Assembly (NCBI GenBank): GCA_002792735.1
Contig: PFOW01000058.1
Coordinates: forward strand, 1-59,358
Origin: a bacterium CG_4_10_14_0_2_um_filter_33_32
GTDB lineage: Bacteria; Patescibacteriota; CPR2_A; CG2-30-33-46
Direction of reading: 5' to 3'
DNA: 59,358 nt
The stretch's first letter is position 1. Every line of letters begins with the position of its first letter. Both the position numbers and the translations under genes were made by a program. Positions 19,608 through 29,889 of this stretch are shown piece by piece. Below the pieces are notes generated by a model that was not told where the DNA came from, did not search any database, and worked only from the letters and a program-made list of their open reading frames with translations.

Positions 19608-19619
19608 GGAGGTAATGAG

Positions 19620-19730
19620 ATGAAATCGAGAATTGTTTTTATTGATAAGAAAGAGATTATCTTTATTGTTTGTGTGTGGACAACTTGGTTTTTGGTAGGC
19701 GCTTTAGCTGATTGTGTACGTACTTTGTAA
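19620..19730 (+). CDS. small hydrophobic protein, 36 aa (not in ORF track)
   Basis: GGAGG-N7-ATG; MKSRIVFIDKKEIIFIVCVWTTWFLVGALADCVRTL. Confidence 0.5.
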   Translation: MKSRIVFIDKKEIIFIVCVWTTWFLVGALADCVRTL

Positions 19731-19747
19731 ATACGAGGTGATTAAAT

Positions 19748-19882
19748 GTGATTTTCTTTACTTTCGGCACTCTGATAATGGCATTTGCCTCTGATAAATA
19801 TAAGTTTTTAGGGTTATTCCTAATTGTCATTCCTTACATTGACTCATTCTGTTGTTTATTTTTCCGTAAACCTCTAAAATAA
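19748..19882 (+). CDS. small membrane protein, 44 aa (not in ORF track)
   Basis: GAGGTG-N7-GTG; MIFFTFGTLIMAFASDKYKFLGLFLIVIPYIDSFCCLFFRKPLK. Confidence 0.45.
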   Translation: MIFFTFGTLIMAFASDKYKFLGLFLIVIPYIDSFCCLFFRKPLK

Positions 19883-19967
19883 AATTCAATATAATTTACC
19901 ATGCGTTCCAATAGGAGCACTTTTTTATACCCAATTCATTAAATTTTTGGTATAATTTAACATATTC

Positions 19968-20489
19968 ATGCTTAGATCAGCTAAATATTTTTTAAATATA
20001 CCTATTATAAGCCTTTATAATACTGTAAAAGTTGGTTCGCTTATTGATTTTATTATTGATCCCGAGATAGGTAAAGTAGTAGGTATAGTTGGAGATAAGG
20101 GTATTGTTAGGGATAAAGTAAAAGTGGTATCAATGGTTGATGTAAGGGAAATGTCTAATGATGCTGTAATTGTCGATAATGAAGATGCTCTGGTGTCTCA
20201 AGAAGAAATTGTAAGAATAGACGATATTTTAAAATTAGGCATCAAGATTATCGGAAATAAAGTGATTACAGAATCCGGGCAATATCTTGGTAAGGCGATA
20301 GACTTTTTATTAGATGACTTTTTCTATATAAATAAGCTGTATGTTAAGCCATCTATAATGAATATTGTTGACTCACAATTGGTAATTCCGAGAGAGTTGA
20401 TAATTAAAGTTACGAAAGAAAAAATTATTGTTAGTGATGATTTAATAAAAACCATTAAAGAAGTAGAACCCGTCCCTGCTACACAATAA
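19968..20489 (+). CDS. PRC-barrel domain protein
   Basis: Two PRC-like repeats (VGSLIDFIIDP; IIGNKVITESGQYLGKAIDF). Confidence 0.8.
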   Translation: MLRSAKYFLNIPIISLYNTVKVGSLIDFIIDPEIGKVVGIVGDKGIVRDKVKVVSMVDVREMSNDAVIVDNEDALVSQEEIVRIDDILKLGIKIIGNKVITESGQYLGKAIDFLLDDFFYINKLYVKPSIMNIVDSQLVIPRELIIKVTKEKIIVSDDLIKTIKEVEPVPATQ

Positions 20490-20505
20490 AATAATTAGGA
20501 GTTTT

Positions 20506-21447
20506 ATGATAATGAAAGAGAAAAAATACGATCTTATTATTATAGGAGCTGGTCCGGCCGGTTTAAGCGCTGCCTTGTATGCAACACAATATAAGTTAAA
20601 TACCATTATTATTAGTGAGAGGTTAGGTGGAACGCTTTTATCATGTTCAGAGATTAGCAATTATCCAGGGCAAGAAATAATACCAGGTCAGGATTTAGCT
20701 AAGGTTTTTGAGCAAAGGATAAAAGGTAAAATATCTATAATAGAAGATAATGTAACAAAATTAAGAAAACTTGGTAATGATTTTTTAATTGATATAAAAG
20801 ATAATAATCAATTTCAATCAGAAGCAGTTATATTGGCGATAGGTGCAGTAAGAAAGAAACTAGGAGTAAAAGGTGAAGAGGAATTTAAAAATAGAGGAGT
20901 GAGCTATTGTGCTATTTGTGACTCCCCAATGTTTAAAAATAAGTCAGTTGCTGTAGTTGGTAGCGGTAATGCTGCTCTTCATGCAGGATTGTTAATTTCA
21001 GAATACGCAAAAGAAGTTTTTATTTTAGCAAGAAATAGACTTAAAGCCGATCCTGTGTTAATCGATAAAGCTCAAGAAAATGTTAAAATAAAAATGGTTG
21101 AAAATATCGGCATCGAAGAAATAAAAGGTAGTGTTTTTGTTGAAAAAATTAATTTATCAAGAAAATTAAACGGTAATAAAAGCATGGATGTTCAAGGAGT
21201 TTTTGTTGAAATTGGGATTGAGCCCGATGCAGAAATAATCAGTGATTTTGGTGTTGAAAAAGATTCTGTTGGATTTATTAAAGTGAACAGTGCAATGGAA
21301 ACAAATATCCCTGAATTATATGCTGCCGGAGATATGACTACCGGTTCTAATGGATTAAGACAAGTAATTACAGCTGCAGCGGAAGGAGCAATTGCAGCTA
21401 CCAGTGTTTATCACATGGTTAAAGAAAATATGGAAGAATCAGAATAA
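20506..21447 (+). CDS. thioredoxin reductase-like FAD/NAD(P)H oxidoreductase
   Basis: GAGPAG, GVSYCAICD, GSGNAA, YAAGD. Confidence 0.9.
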   Translation: MIMKEKKYDLIIIGAGPAGLSAALYATQYKLNTIIISERLGGTLLSCSEISNYPGQEIIPGQDLAKVFEQRIKGKISIIEDNVTKLRKLGNDFLIDIKDNNQFQSEAVILAIGAVRKKLGVKGEEEFKNRGVSYCAICDSPMFKNKSVAVVGSGNAALHAGLLISEYAKEVFILARNRLKADPVLIDKAQENVKIKMVENIGIEEIKGSVFVEKINLSRKLNGNKSMDVQGVFVEIGIEPDAEIISDFGVEKDSVGFIKVNSAMETNIPELYAAGDMTTGSNGLRQVITAAAEGAIAATSVYHMVKENMEESE

Positions 21448-21471
21448 AAGGAATTATATTGAGGAGATACA

Positions 21472-22386
21472 GTGAATAATAATCAAAAAATATATGATAC
21501 AATTATTTTAGGTATGGGTCCAGCTGGTCTTACTGCCGCTCTATATTTAGCAAGAGCTGGTTTAAAGATAATAGTTTTAGGAAAAAAGGAAAACTCTAGG
21601 TTGTATAGTGCTCATATGGTGACAAACTATTTTGGCCTTCCAGAGGGTATTGATGGCCGATTTTTATTAGAAAAGGGCTTAGCTCAAGCTAAAGATGCCG
21701 GAGCCGAATTAAAGGAAGAGGAATCCGTAGATATAAGAAAGCAAGAAAATAATTTTTTGATTTCAACATCTAATAATAACTATCTTGGAAAAAGTATTTT
21801 ATTTGCCACGGGCGTAAAAAATATTTCTAGTTTAATTAAGAGTGAAGATAAATTTGTAGGCAGAGGTATTGCTTTTTGTGTAGCGTGCGACGGCTTATAT
21901 TTTAAAGATAAAAAAGTAGTTGTTATTGGGGAGGGTGATTTTGCAGCAAGGGAGGCTTTGGAGCTTTTAGAATATACCAAAGATGTTAATATTTATTCAG
22001 ATGGAAAAGATTTTAGCATTAGTGAAGACATCAAAAAGCAGTTAGAGGTTAAAAACATTAATCTATATAAGGATAAAATTAAAGAATTTATTGGCGATAG
22101 TAAATTAGAAAGTTTGATGAAAAACGATGGAGAAGAAGTTGATATTGATGGTGTTTTTATTGCTAAGGGTATGCCTAAATCTTCAGACCTCGCCTATAAA
22201 TTAGGTTTAGATACTTTTAATAATTATATTCAAAGCACTAATAATGGAGAAACTAATATTAAGGGTGTTTTTGTGGCAGGTGATGCGACGGGCATAGGCT
22301 TACAGATTGGTACAGCCGTAGGTTCGGCTATTAATGCATCATTTTCTGTAGTATCTTATCTCAAGAATGGAGAATTTAAACAATGA
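21472..22386 (+). CDS. second thioredoxin reductase-like oxidoreductase
   Basis: GMGPAG, GIAFCVACDG, FVAGD. Confidence 0.88.
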   Translation: MNNNQKIYDTIILGMGPAGLTAALYLARAGLKIIVLGKKENSRLYSAHMVTNYFGLPEGIDGRFLLEKGLAQAKDAGAELKEEESVDIRKQENNFLISTSNNNYLGKSILFATGVKNISSLIKSEDKFVGRGIAFCVACDGLYFKDKKVVVIGEGDFAAREALELLEYTKDVNIYSDGKDFSISEDIKKQLEVKNINLYKDKIKEFIGDSKLESLMKNDGEEVDIDGVFIAKGMPKSSDLAYKLGLDTFNNYIQSTNNGETNIKGVFVAGDATGIGLQIGTAVGSAINASFSVVSYLKNGEFKQ

Positions 22387-23180
22387 ATGAAGTGTTGATA
22401 TCTTTAGTGTTAGGATTTATTCAGGCTATCACCGAATTTTTACCAATTAGTTCCTCAGGCCATTTAATTTTAGCAAAGGCATTTTTTAATTTTGATTCTA
22501 GTTTTTTTAATTTATCCTTTGATATCATTCTTCATCTTGGCAGTCTTGTTGCATTGATTATTTTTTTTAGGAAAGATCTATTAAAAATTTCTGGTTCATT
22601 TTTAGTTAAAAGTGGAGATCGGAGATTGGGTTATTCTATTCTCTTGGCTATAATTCCGGCAATTATTCTAGGATTATTACTTGATGGTTCGATTGAGGAT
22701 AAATTACGCCAGGTACCTGTTGTATTGGTTATGCTTTTTATTGTTGGTATATTATTTATTGTTGCAGAAAATATCTCGAAAAAGAAAAAGGATATAAGTG
22801 GTATCAGTCTAAAAGATGCCTTTATAATAGGCATTGCACAATCATTGGCTCTTGTTCCTGGTGTATCAAGATCAGGAATAACAATAACCAGCGGTTTGTT
22901 TCTTGGTTTTAAAAGAGACGAAGCGGCAAGATTTTCTTTTTTGCTTTCAATCCCTACGATCCTTCTGGCGTTTATTAAAGATATCTACGAACTATGGAAA
23001 GTAAACATATCATCTATTTTTTCAATGCCTTATTTCGTAGGATTTCTAATTTCCGCAGTGACTAGTTTTTTAGTAATAAAATTTTTGATAAATTATCTTA
23101 AGAACAATACATTAAAGCCCTTTGCGTATTATAGATTTACATTAGTGATATTATTTTTGGTAATAAGTTATGTTTTTTAA
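22383..23180 (+). CDS. uppP: undecaprenyl-diphosphate phosphatase
   Basis: TEFLPISSSGH, PGVSRSG, FSFLLSIP. Confidence 0.95.
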   Translation: MNEVLISLVLGFIQAITEFLPISSSGHLILAKAFFNFDSSFFNLSFDIILHLGSLVALIIFFRKDLLKISGSFLVKSGDRRLGYSILLAIIPAIILGLLLDGSIEDKLRQVPVVLVMLFIVGILFIVAENISKKKKDISGISLKDAFIIGIAQSLALVPGVSRSGITITSGLFLGFKRDEAARFSFLLSIPTILLAFIKDIYELWKVNISSIFSMPYFVGFLISAVTSFLVIKFLINYLKNNTLKPFAYYRFTLVILFLVISYVF

Positions 23181-23640
23181 TCTACCCCCACAAATAATAA
23201 TATTTTTACTTTCCATGCTTCCAGTAGGCGAGAAGGTCGCTATCCCTGTGGCTATTAAAGTATATGGTTTATCGCCTTGGGAATCTTTTGTTATAACAGT
23301 GATAGGTTCTTTTATACCTACTATTGCTATAGTTTATTTAATGGGTCCTATATCGGAATTTTTTTCTAAAAGGTTTATTAAGGTAAAGAAGTTATTTGAT
23401 TGGCTTTTTTATCATACCAGGAAAAGGCATACTAAATATTTCGATATTTTTAAAGAATTATCATTATTAGTTTTTGTTTCTATACCTTCTCCTATAACTG
23501 GACCATGGGGAGGAGCCTTAGCTTCTTTTGTTTTCGGAATTCCTCCTAAAAAAGCCCTCCCTTTTATATTCGGAGGATGTTTCATATCAGGTATTATAAT
23601 TACTTTTTTAACTCAAGGTGCTACAATTTTATTTAAATGA
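23170..23640 (+). CDS. small multidrug-export-like membrane protein (COG2426-like)
   Basis: SMLPVGE..AIP, FVSIP..TGPWGG pattern; 4 TM segments. Confidence 0.7.
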   Translation: MFFNLPPQIIIFLLSMLPVGEKVAIPVAIKVYGLSPWESFVITVIGSFIPTIAIVYLMGPISEFFSKRFIKVKKLFDWLFYHTRKRHTKYFDIFKELSLLVFVSIPSPITGPWGGALASFVFGIPPKKALPFIFGGCFISGIIITFLTQGATILFK

Positions 23641-24920
23641 AGAATCTAGCATTTTCTCAAAATATATTAAACAATGGCTTGCGTTTCATAAATATTCCAA
23701 CGGGGAGCATTAACGCTGCTTCTGTTTTAGTATTAGTAAAAGCAGGTTCAAGATATGAATATTCTAACTTATCAGGTATAGCTCATTTTTTAGAGCATAT
23801 GTTTTTTAAGGGGGGCAAAAAATTTAAGAGTACTCGTGAAATTTCAACCGCTATTGATGGTTTAGGCGGAATTTTTAATGCTATGACAGATAAAGAAGAA
23901 GTTGGATTTTTTATTAAATTACCCAGTAAAAAAATAGAGGTTGCTTTAGATATTCTTTCGGATATGTTTTTGAACTCTAAGTTTTATCAAACAGATATTG
24001 ATCAAGAAAAGAAAGTTATTATAGAAGAAATAAATATGTATGAAGATACGCCAATGTTTCAGACTAACGAATTGCTTGAGAGCATATTATATAAAGGAGG
24101 TTCTCTTGGAAGAAGAATAATCGGTAATAGGAAGATTATAGAATCAATTAAGCAAAAAGATTTTATAAATTTTACCAAGCAATTTTATTTTCCTGAAAAT
24201 ATTGTTATTGTAACTGCCGGCGAAACTAAAAATGTGAATGAAAAAATGATTTCCAGATTCTTTAATTTTGAGAATGAGGGTAAGACACCGGAAGAATTTT
24301 TCTATAAAGAAGATCAAGCAGAGTCGAGGGTAATTTTAAAATCTAAAGATACTGAACAGAGTCATTTTTCCTTGGGATTTAGAATGCCTGAAGCCAGTTA
24401 TCATCATGAGGATTATTTTAAAGCAAAGATTTTAAGTGTTATTTTAGGCGAAGGCATGAGTTCTAGGATGTTTTTATCAATAAGAGAAGAAAAAGGTTTA
24501 GCCTACAGAATAAGTTCTTCTATACAATCGTTTATTGACACAGGTTATTTGGATGTATCGGCAGGTGTTGATAATAAGCAAGTCTTGATGGCGATAAAGG
24601 CTATTTTATTTGAATTCCAAAAAATTAGAGATAAAAAAATTGACGAGAAAGAACTAGATAAATCCAAGGAATATCTTAAAGGTAAGCTTTCTCTAGGGCT
24701 CGAAGAGTCCTTAGACGTTGCCTTCTTTTTGGGTAGGCAAGAAATATTAACCAATAAGATTCTAAATGTTCTGGATGTTTTTAAAAAAATAAATGATGTG
24801 ACTGCGGAAGATATTTTTAATCTTGCTAACAAACGTTTTATTGAAAAAGGTTTGAATATCGGTATTATAGGCCCTGTTATAGATGAAGAATTGATAAGGA
24901 GAGGACTTAAGATCGGTTAA
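23637..24920 (+). CDS. M16 family zinc peptidase
   Basis: AHFLEHMFFKG inverted zinc motif; SSRMF..IREEKGLAY. Confidence 0.93.
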   Translation: MKNLAFSQNILNNGLRFINIPTGSINAASVLVLVKAGSRYEYSNLSGIAHFLEHMFFKGGKKFKSTREISTAIDGLGGIFNAMTDKEEVGFFIKLPSKKIEVALDILSDMFLNSKFYQTDIDQEKKVIIEEINMYEDTPMFQTNELLESILYKGGSLGRRIIGNRKIIESIKQKDFINFTKQFYFPENIVIVTAGETKNVNEKMISRFFNFENEGKTPEEFFYKEDQAESRVILKSKDTEQSHFSLGFRMPEASYHHEDYFKAKILSVILGEGMSSRMFLSIREEKGLAYRISSSIQSFIDTGYLDVSAGVDNKQVLMAIKAILFEFQKIRDKKIDEKELDKSKEYLKGKLSLGLEESLDVAFFLGRQEILTNKILNVLDVFKKINDVTAEDIFNLANKRFIEKGLNIGIIGPVIDEELIRRGLKIG

Positions 24921-24937
24921 TATGCGTTATTCATGTT

Positions 24938-24966
24938 TTGACTTTTTCTTAATAATCTTATAAGAT
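24938..24966 (+). promoter_or_regulatory. sigma70-type promoter of rpsT
   Basis: TTGACT-N17-TAAGAT. Confidence 0.6.
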
Positions 24967-24998
24967 ATCTATTATTAAATAAATTAAAGGAATTCATT

Positions 24999-25298
24999 AT
25001 GCCAATAAAAAAATCAGCAAAGAAAAGTGTTAGAAAAACAAAGAAACGTACCATTTTTAACAAAAAAGTTAAAAAGACAGTTAAGAAAGTAATGAAAGAT
25101 ACTAAGAAGGCTATTAGCTCTGGATCAAAAGAAGTAGAGGATTTAGCCAGGAAAGCCCAAAAAGTGTTAGGTAAAGCAGTTAAATCCGGTGTTTATCATA
25201 AGAATACAGCCGCAAGAAAATTAAGCAGGCTGATTAAAGCTAAAAAATCAAAGACCATAAAAGCAACCGAGAAAAAGACAAAAAAAGAGGTCTCCTAA
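24999..25298 (+). CDS. rpsT: 30S ribosomal protein S20
   Basis: MPIKKSAKK, GVYHKNTAARKLSRL. Confidence 0.95.
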   Translation: MPIKKSAKKSVRKTKKRTIFNKKVKKTVKKVMKDTKKAISSGSKEVEDLARKAQKVLGKAVKSGVYHKNTAARKLSRLIKAKKSKTIKATEKKTKKEVS

Positions 25299-26000
25299 TC
25301 AGAGGCCTCTTTTGTAATGAATTTTTTTTGATAAATTATAAAATATATTTCTTAGATGACCTAAGTTCATACTTATGTACATTCTAATTCTTCTTACAAA
25401 ACCTGTTATCAGTCCCCACTTTTCTTCTTTTAATGATTGGCTTACTCCATCCCACTCAACAAAATAAATTCCTATTTTAAAATTTTTCGATCTATCAGTA
25501 ATAATATTTTCTATTCCATATTTTACTTTTCCAATATTTTTTATTGTCTTAAATATTTTTATAAATATTTCTTTTTTTGCGGCTCTTTGTCCGCTGCACT
25601 TAGTATTTAAGCTTTGGGCAATATCTGTTGACAACCTGCCATTTACAAGTTTAGCCACTGTCATAATTTCTTGGTTAATTAGCAATGGTTTTATTAAATT
25701 AATAATATGTGTACTCTTAAGATTTACTAAGTCTCCATCAATAAAAAGACAAAACTCTCCCTTAGCTTCTTTTAGTCCCTCTGCCATTGCATAGGCTTTG
25801 CCTTTGTTTTCTTGGAGGTTAATTAATTTTACATGCTTATTTCTTGCTATCATTTCGGTTTTGTCTTTTGAGCCATCATTAACAACTATAATTTCTGATA
25901 TTAATCCTATCGATTGTGTTTTTTCTAAAACATCTATAACTCTTCCAATATTTTTTTCTTCATTGAAAGCCGGAATTATAGCTGTTATTTTTTGATACAT
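25299..26000 (-). CDS. glycosyltransferase family 2
   Basis: IIPAFNEE, VNDGSKD, FIDGD. Confidence 0.9.
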   Translation of the reverse strand: MYQKITAIIPAFNEEKNIGRVIDVLEKTQSIGLISEIIVVNDGSKDKTEMIARNKHVKLINLQENKGKAYAMAEGLKEAKGEFCLFIDGDLVNLKSTHIINLIKPLLINQEIMTVAKLVNGRLSTDIAQSLNTKCSGQRAAKKEIFIKIFKTIKNIGKVKYGIENIITDRSKNFKIGIYFVEWDGVSQSLKEEKWGLITGFVRRIRMYISMNLGHLRNIFYNLSKKIHYKRGL

Positions 26001-26941
26001 AATTTTGTAGCTAAAATATTTAATGCTATTTTAGGTTCTAATTTCCCATTTTTTATTTTAAGTTCTGTTTCAAATATTTCAGAATACATTTTTTCTAACT
26101 CATCGGCGGAAAAATTTCTGGATTGTTTAATGGTTTTTTCTATAACAAAAGGATGCTTCTTTGTTATTTTTGCTATTTCTGTTTTATTTAGATTACGCGA
26201 TACCAATTCTTTAATAATAATCAAATTTCTTAATTGGTAGACCATCATTCTTAATAAATAAATAATTTCTTCGCCCTTAGTAATTAAATTATTCAAAAAT
26301 GTAAGTGTTTTTTCAATGTTCTTTTCTCCAATACCGTCAACCAATTGAAAAATATTTGTGTTTATATTAGTAGAAACCAATCTATCGATGTCTTCATCTT
26401 GTATCGAGTCGTTATTTTTATTTTTATAAGTTGATAGCTTGTTAATCTCTTGATTTAATTGCCATAGATCATTTCCTACAAATGAAACTAATCTTGATAA
26501 GGCCTTTTTATCTATCTCGCTATTATTTTTTTTGAATTCTTCGTCAGCCCATTTTTCTAATTGAGGTATCGATAGCTTACTATAGTTCCAATTTTTTTCT
26601 GATATTTTTTCTATTTCTGCAAATATTTTTCCTTGAACTTTATTTTCTTCGTAAATAACAAGGAGTATGAAATCCGGTATTTTTTTTACTTGTTCAATAA
26701 AAATTTTCTCATCCTCTTTTTTAAGCTTAGTATTTAAAATGTTTTTTAATATAATCAATCTTTTATCAGAAAGGAAAGGCGGAGAGGATATTGATTTAAT
26801 AAAATCTTGCATTGAAAATGATTTTTCGTCAAACTCATCTAAATTAGAATTTTCTATATCTTTAGAGGAAAATTTTTCTTTTATTTGAAATAATTTTTTT
26901 GAAGATAAGAAATTTTCTTCCCCTGAGATTAGTAGGATCAT
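25985..26941 (-). CDS. holA: DNA polymerase III delta subunit
   Basis: LISGEENFL, PFLSDKRLII, GNDLWQLNQEINKL, IFQLVD, HPFV; near rpsT. Confidence 0.9.
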   Translation of the reverse strand: MILLISGEENFLSSKKLFQIKEKFSSKDIENSNLDEFDEKSFSMQDFIKSISSPPFLSDKRLIILKNILNTKLKKEDEKIFIEQVKKIPDFILLVIYEENKVQGKIFAEIEKISEKNWNYSKLSIPQLEKWADEEFKKNNSEIDKKALSRLVSFVGNDLWQLNQEINKLSTYKNKNNDSIQDEDIDRLVSTNINTNIFQLVDGIGEKNIEKTLTFLNNLITKGEEIIYLLRMMVYQLRNLIIIKELVSRNLNKTEIAKITKKHPFVIEKTIKQSRNFSADELEKMYSEIFETELKIKNGKLEPKIALNILATKLCIKK

Positions 26942-26956
26942 TTGATTTCCTTATTA

Positions 26957-27850
26957 CTAATTTTTTTGACAAAAAGGGCAGAAATAGGAAGATCTACCTC
27001 CTATTTTTACTCTTTTAATACTGCCACCGCACTTTCTTGGGCATTCTTCCTTTTCTTTTTTGTATACTCTTCTACTTTCAGTATAGAAACCTTTTTCGCC
27101 GGCAGTGTCTCTATAATCAGAAATACTGGAACCTCTTTTTTCTATAGCTTCTTTTAGTATTTTTTTCATTGCCACATACATTTTTTTTAATCTAGGTAAT
27201 GTTAGTTTGTCAGCCGACTCTTTGGGATTAATTCTCGCCTCGAATAATATTTCATCAGAATAAATATTACCTATGCCTGCTATGATCTCTTGGTCAAGAA
27301 GAACCTGTTTAATGCTTCTTTTTTGTTCCTGTATTACTTTCTTAAAATCACTGAAAGTCAATTTTTCACTCATCGCGTCTGGTCCTAGTTTAGCAAATAT
27401 CAAAGGTATTTCTGTTTTATCAACAAGTCTTACTGTGGCAAATTTTCTAAGATCCGATAAAAGTAGATTTTTACCTTTGTCTAGGCTAAATCCTAAGTGT
27501 ACAAAACGGTTTTGAGGGTCTTCTTCTATTGGATCCGGCTTTTTACATTCTTCATTGCTTTTTTTTCTTAGCTTTTCTTTGGTGAATTCCCAACAAGTTG
27601 AAACTAGGGGATGGCCTGTCATTTTAAGATGTATAATTAAAGCCTTATCTCTCGATAAATATATTATGATATTTTTACCCCTACGTTCAATTTTTTCAAT
27701 GATTAAACCTTGAATATCTTTTTCAAACTGTTCATAATCAGGTTTTTTTATTATTTTAGGCCAATCTGAATTAACTCCTAAAATTTTGTGGCCTGATATT
27801 TTAGTTTTTAAGTCTTGTACTATTGTTTGTACTTCTGGTAATTCTGGCAT
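26957..27850 (-). CDS. mutM: formamidopyrimidine-DNA glycosylase
   Basis: MPELPEV, HLKMTG, GIGNIYSDE, C-terminal zinc finger. Confidence 0.97.
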   Translation of the reverse strand: MPELPEVQTIVQDLKTKISGHKILGVNSDWPKIIKKPDYEQFEKDIQGLIIEKIERRGKNIIIYLSRDKALIIHLKMTGHPLVSTCWEFTKEKLRKKSNEECKKPDPIEEDPQNRFVHLGFSLDKGKNLLLSDLRKFATVRLVDKTEIPLIFAKLGPDAMSEKLTFSDFKKVIQEQKRSIKQVLLDQEIIAGIGNIYSDEILFEARINPKESADKLTLPRLKKMYVAMKKILKEAIEKRGSSISDYRDTAGEKGFYTESRRVYKKEKEECPRKCGGSIKRVKIGGRSSYFCPFCQKN

Positions 27851-27929
27851 CGTTTTATTATAACAAAAAATCCAAATATTTATAATAGCTTTAGAACAGA
27901 TAAGAATTATTATATAGAATAACTTGAAA

Positions 27930-29855
27930 CTATTGGTTTAAGAGGTCTAATTTATTTCCTTTAACAATAATATCATTCACTTGGGCTAATTCTTTTGATC
28001 TATTAAAACCAGTCAAACATTTATTTACATCGATAGTTTCTTGACTTTTCCTATCATAACAAGTTCCGTTTTCGAATTTTCCGTCTAGTGATGGTTGATA
28101 AAAAAGATTTTTATCCATAAACGAATTATTTAAAGTATTATTTCTTCTCATCAATACAAAAGGGTTCTTTGTGTTAAACAAGTCTTGACCGAGAGTAGTT
28201 TTTGGTATGTTATAACCAAGCAAGTTTACAATTGTCGGGTAAACATCTATTTCACTTGCTGGTATATCTGATTCACCAATCAAAGAGTTATTAGGTAAAT
28301 GAATAATTGCTGGAATACGATGGATGGCAGCATGAGTTAGATAATTTTCTTTTTTCGCCCCAGGTATACCTAGCCAATCAAGAAAAGCCTTATTATCAAT
28401 TGCGTTTAATCCACCCTCATGATCACCGTAAATTAAAATTACACTGTTGTCGTATAAGTCTTCTTTTTTCAGTTTATCGATAAACTGTCCGAATGCTTTA
28501 TCAACATAATGTCCACTCTGCAAATAATCTGTAATTAATTTTCCAAATCTATTTTTGTCTATTTTCAATTCTTGTTTTTTTTCCGGCAGATTGAAAGGAT
28601 CATGTGAGGAAAGGGTGAGCATAAACGATAGGAATGGTTTTTTTTCTTTTTTCATATAATCTATTGATTGGCTAAAAAAATTTTCGTCTGGCAGTCCCCA
28701 TCCGATCCCGTCTGTAAATTTATAGTCATCAACGTTATAAAAACGATCAAATCCTAAATTAGGATAAATAACAGCTCTGTTCCAAAAACTTTTTTTGTAT
28801 CCGTGCATAGCAAATGTTCTATAGCCATTTTCTTTTAAGAGCCCCGGTAAGGCATGGTATTTATTTAACGGGTAATCAAAATAAGCAGATTTATCGTGTA
28901 AAAAATAAAGGGAATTTAAAGAGGTGAATTCAGCATCCGCAGTAGTCGAAGGGCCTACTTGATAGTAAAAATTAGTAAACCTAAAATTTTCTTCACTAAA
29001 CTTATTTAAATTGGGAGTAATCTCCTGACCATCGATAGAGCGTCCTAATAAAAAATCCTGAAAAGACTCTAACTGTATTATTATAACGTTTTTGTTTTTG
29101 GCAATCCCTTCAAGATTTTTTCCATCCTCAAAATTTCTATTTTTATTCCATTCTTTTACAAGGGATATTTCTTCTGGTGATGTGCCGTTTTTGGCAAAGA
29201 AATATTTTACGAAATCCTGTACTGCATAGTTTACCGCTCCGATTTTCTGGATAATCATAGAACCATCCATGGGTATAACTAAAAAATTGAGATTTTTTTC
29301 TTTCAGTATTACAAAAGATGAAAATATTAAACCAAAGATAATAGTTGTAATGAATAGGTATACTCTTGGCTTTAATGCAATCAAGATATCTTCTTTTTTT
29401 CTTTTAGCAAAAAAGAAGATGAGTAAAATTATCGGTAAGTCTATAAAAAATAAGGCCGTACGTACATTAATTAATCTTGCGACAATATTAGTTACTGGTG
29501 CTAATTGGTAGAAATATTTCAATGAAGAGAAAGAAAAAATGCCATTATTATAGTTATTATAAATATATTGGACCGCGAAAATAATTGAAGTGAAGGATGC
29601 AACAAATAATAAATATAATATACGACCCTTGCGTTTAAGTATAATTGCCGGCGAACAAAGCAACAGAAAGGTTCCAAGCGCTGTGATTGTTCTTTCTTTA
29701 AACCATAGATCAATAGTTAGTCCCGTCCATAAGTTAAAGATGTGGGTTTTTAAGATAAAGAAAAAAATAACTACTAGAATAAGATAGTATTCTTTTAGTA
29801 GGTTGAATATTTTTTTATAAGAAGATTTTATTATTTCTTTTAATTTTATGATCAG
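27930..29855 (-). CDS. LTA synthase/sulfatase-family membrane protein; true start probably non-canonical (CTG 29855 or a nearby ATA/ATC)
   Basis: NVIIIQLES, EITPNLN, TADAEF, SSHDPF, YGDH; frame stays open upstream of the track start (29663) to 29870 and encodes an extra TM segment. Confidence 0.85.
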   Translation of the reverse strand: MIIKLKEIIKSSYKKIFNLLKEYYLILVVIFFFILKTHIFNLWTGLTIDLWFKERTITALGTFLLLCSPAIILKRKGRILYLLFVASFTSIIFAVQYIYNNYNNGIFSFSSLKYFYQLAPVTNIVARLINVRTALFFIDLPIILLIFFFAKRKKEDILIALKPRVYLFITTIIFGLIFSSFVILKEKNLNFLVIPMDGSMIIQKIGAVNYAVQDFVKYFFAKNGTSPEEISLVKEWNKNRNFEDGKNLEGIAKNKNVIIIQLESFQDFLLGRSIDGQEITPNLNKFSEENFRFTNFYYQVGPSTTADAEFTSLNSLYFLHDKSAYFDYPLNKYHALPGLLKENGYRTFAMHGYKKSFWNRAVIYPNLGFDRFYNVDDYKFTDGIGWGLPDENFFSQSIDYMKKEKKPFLSFMLTLSSHDPFNLPEKKQELKIDKNRFGKLITDYLQSGHYVDKAFGQFIDKLKKEDLYDNSVILIYGDHEGGLNAIDNKAFLDWLGIPGAKKENYLTHAAIHRIPAIIHLPNNSLIGESDIPASEIDVYPTIVNLLGYNIPKTTLGQDLFNTKNPFVLMRRNNTLNNSFMDKNLFYQPSLDGKFENGTCYDRKSQETIDVNKCLTGFNRSKELAQVNDIIVKGNKLDLLNQ

Positions 29856-29889
29856 TAAGAACTGTAGATTTTATAATAGCAAGAATATT

